49,153 nt of DNA, taken from the NCBI GenBank assembly GCA_038258655.1, contig JBBSPS010000003.1, positions 1-49,153 on the forward strand, written 5' to 3'. Numbering within the stretch: the stretch's first letter is position 1; every line of letters begins with the position of its first letter. The notes under the pieces were generated by a model. That model searched no databases, was not told the origin of the DNA, and saw only the letters and a program-made list of their open reading frames with translations. This stretch comes from Bacteroidia bacterium (GTDB taxonomy: Bacteria; Bacteroidota; Bacteroidia; 2-12-FULL-35-15). Made by a program: the position numbers and the translations under genes. Below, in pieces: positions 47,739-49,153 of the stretch.

Positions 47739-48765
47739 ACTATACTTTAAATTATTTTCAAATTGTGTTCCTGTTAAAGGTTATAGCCAATCCATTATTT
47801 ATGATTTACAACTTTCTAATTTTGAATACATTCCAAACTTATTATTTGATATACTTATTATCAGCGATGAGATGCCTGTCTCAAAGATTAAAGATTATTA
47901 CAATAATGAATATGATGATGGGATAGATAATTATTTAAAATATCTTGAGAGTAAAGAATATGGATTTTTTACATATGAACCTGATTTATTTCCTAAAATG
48001 GATTTATACTGGGACAACGCTTTTGAGATAACAAACCTTATAGTAGAAGATAATTTCCAACTTTTATTAAAATCTAATTTGTCATTGAATGTAGATAATC
48101 TTACCATAATATATAGTAGTTTCGAAAATACTACCATGCCTAATTTGCAAAAACTATTAGGGAACATTAATTGTCAATCTACTCAGTTTTTTATTTTATA
48201 TAATAAGGATATACAGAAAATAATAGATGAGTTGTGTTATACTTTAAAAAAAATAACTCAAATTGTTATTTATAATGCTCCAGAAAATGTTAAAAAAACA
48301 TATGGAATACTTGATGTTACATTTATTACTAAATCTTTTCAATTCACAAACACTTCAAATGTTAATTTAAATTATTTTTCACCTAACATATTTATTTATA
48401 CTGAATCTCAAAACCATCATACATATTTTAATCGCAAATTATATATAAACAAAAAAGGCGAAATTAAAAATTCACCAGAGAGCCCATATGTTTTTGGAAA
48501 TCTTGAAGATATAAAAAACGATGTAGAATTACGAGATTACATAAATAATCCTAGTTTTCAAAAATTATGGCATATAACAAAGGATAAAACATTTGTTTGT
48601 AAGGACTGTGAATATCGTTTTATGTGCGTGGATAATCGTATTCCGAAGACCATTAACAATGAAACATGGTTTCATGAAACTGAATGTAATTATAACCCAT
48701 ACATAGCTAAATGGAAAGGAGAGCATGAATATAAATCATTACTAGAATGTGGAGTCATTATATGA
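47731..48765 (+). CDS. gwsS: Grasp-with-SPASM SPASM-domain maturase, divergent form (cluster 2)
   Basis: YFKLFSNCVPVKG..SIIYDLQ, HHTYFNRKLYI, CKDCEYRFMCVDNR and CNYNPY motifs. Confidence 0.85.
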   Translation: MNKLYFKLFSNCVPVKGYSQSIIYDLQLSNFEYIPNLLFDILIISDEMPVSKIKDYYNNEYDDGIDNYLKYLESKEYGFFTYEPDLFPKMDLYWDNAFEITNLIVEDNFQLLLKSNLSLNVDNLTIIYSSFENTTMPNLQKLLGNINCQSTQFFILYNKDIQKIIDELCYTLKKITQIVIYNAPENVKKTYGILDVTFITKSFQFTNTSNVNLNYFSPNIFIYTESQNHHTYFNRKLYINKKGEIKNSPESPYVFGNLEDIKNDVELRDYINNPSFQKLWHITKDKTFVCKDCEYRFMCVDNRIPKTINNETWFHETECNYNPYIAKWKGEHEYKSLLECGVII

Positions 48766-48801
48766 AATCACTTTGAAAACATAAAATTTATTTATAACCA
48801 A

Positions 48802-49153
48802 TTACACAAAATTATTTACAGGCTCATTATCTTTTTTCAAAAATATTTTCATTTCGCATTCTGCAATGATTTCACCATTGAGTGTAGTTTTTCCACTAAT
48901 CAATGTAACATCAAATACAATATGTTGAATGCATACTTCAGTTCGCAATTCGCTACCAATTTTAGGCAACTGATGAATTGCTAATTTCTTTATAGCTCCT
49001 ATATATCCGACAGGAGGGTTTACTTTTTCTCCGTTCTTTTCCATTAAGGAAACAATGTACCCAACTCGAAGTGCAGCTGTTTGTGCAATATTTTCAATGA
49101 TTCCGGGTTCACGAAAAAAACCGTCTTCACAAAAAATAGTATTCTCTTTGATA
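48802..49153 (-). CDS. Hotdog-fold 3-hydroxyacyl-ACP dehydratase-like protein (5' end beyond the window)
   Basis: Frame is open to the window edge: IKENTIFCEDGFFREPGIIENIAQTAALRVGY...PVGYIGAIK...LP. Confidence 0.8.
   Translation of the reverse strand, partial: IKENTIFCEDGFFREPGIIENIAQTAALRVGYIVSLMEKNGEKVNPPVGYIGAIKKLAIHQLPKIGSELRTEVCIQHIVFDVTLISGKTTLNGEIIAECEMKIFLKKDNEPVNNFV

Larger units (their letters stand above)
33241..49153 (-). other. Flexirubin/aryl-polyene-type pigment gene cluster (partial, interrupted)
   Basis: The order dehydratase, ABC ATPase, permease, KS, KS-N, ACP, KS, CLF, deacetylase, LolA, lipoprotein, dehydratase matches the Bacteroidetes flexirubin arrangement as recalled; darA/darB are not in the window. 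Confidence 0.8.

Overview
AT-rich Bacteroidota (Bacteroidetes) chromosomal window, judged from TAnnTTTG promoters, T9SS C-terminal sorting domains and flexirubin-type genes. Left to right: the end of an IS1595-family element; paaZ; a ~14.5 kb vitamin B12 island under two cobalamin riboswitches (btuB, two T9SS-secreted candidate B12-binding proteins, btuG, an S-component-like transporter, a signal-less BtuF-like protein, metE, CWC/thioesterase/Dph6-like genes, a bluB-cobT fusion, cobS, cobC); a first grasp-with-SPASM RiPP cluster whose 47-aa double-glycine precursor is absent from the ORF track; housekeeping genes (FAD oxidoreductase, EEP, GH3/beta-lactamase fusion, mutL, two rhomboids, bshA); and a flexirubin/aryl-polyene-type cluster interrupted by a VapBC-type TA pair and by a second, divergent grasp-with-SPASM cluster (precursor, TlpA-like protein, frameshifted ATP-grasp, small ORF, SPASM protein). 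Best candidates for undescribed biology: (i) the two graspetide systems, with a shared core motif, a positionally conserved small ORF and SPASM proteins lacking the radical-SAM motif; (ii) a possible T9SS-secreted B12-scavenging system. All family calls come from motif recognition by eye, not from database searches.
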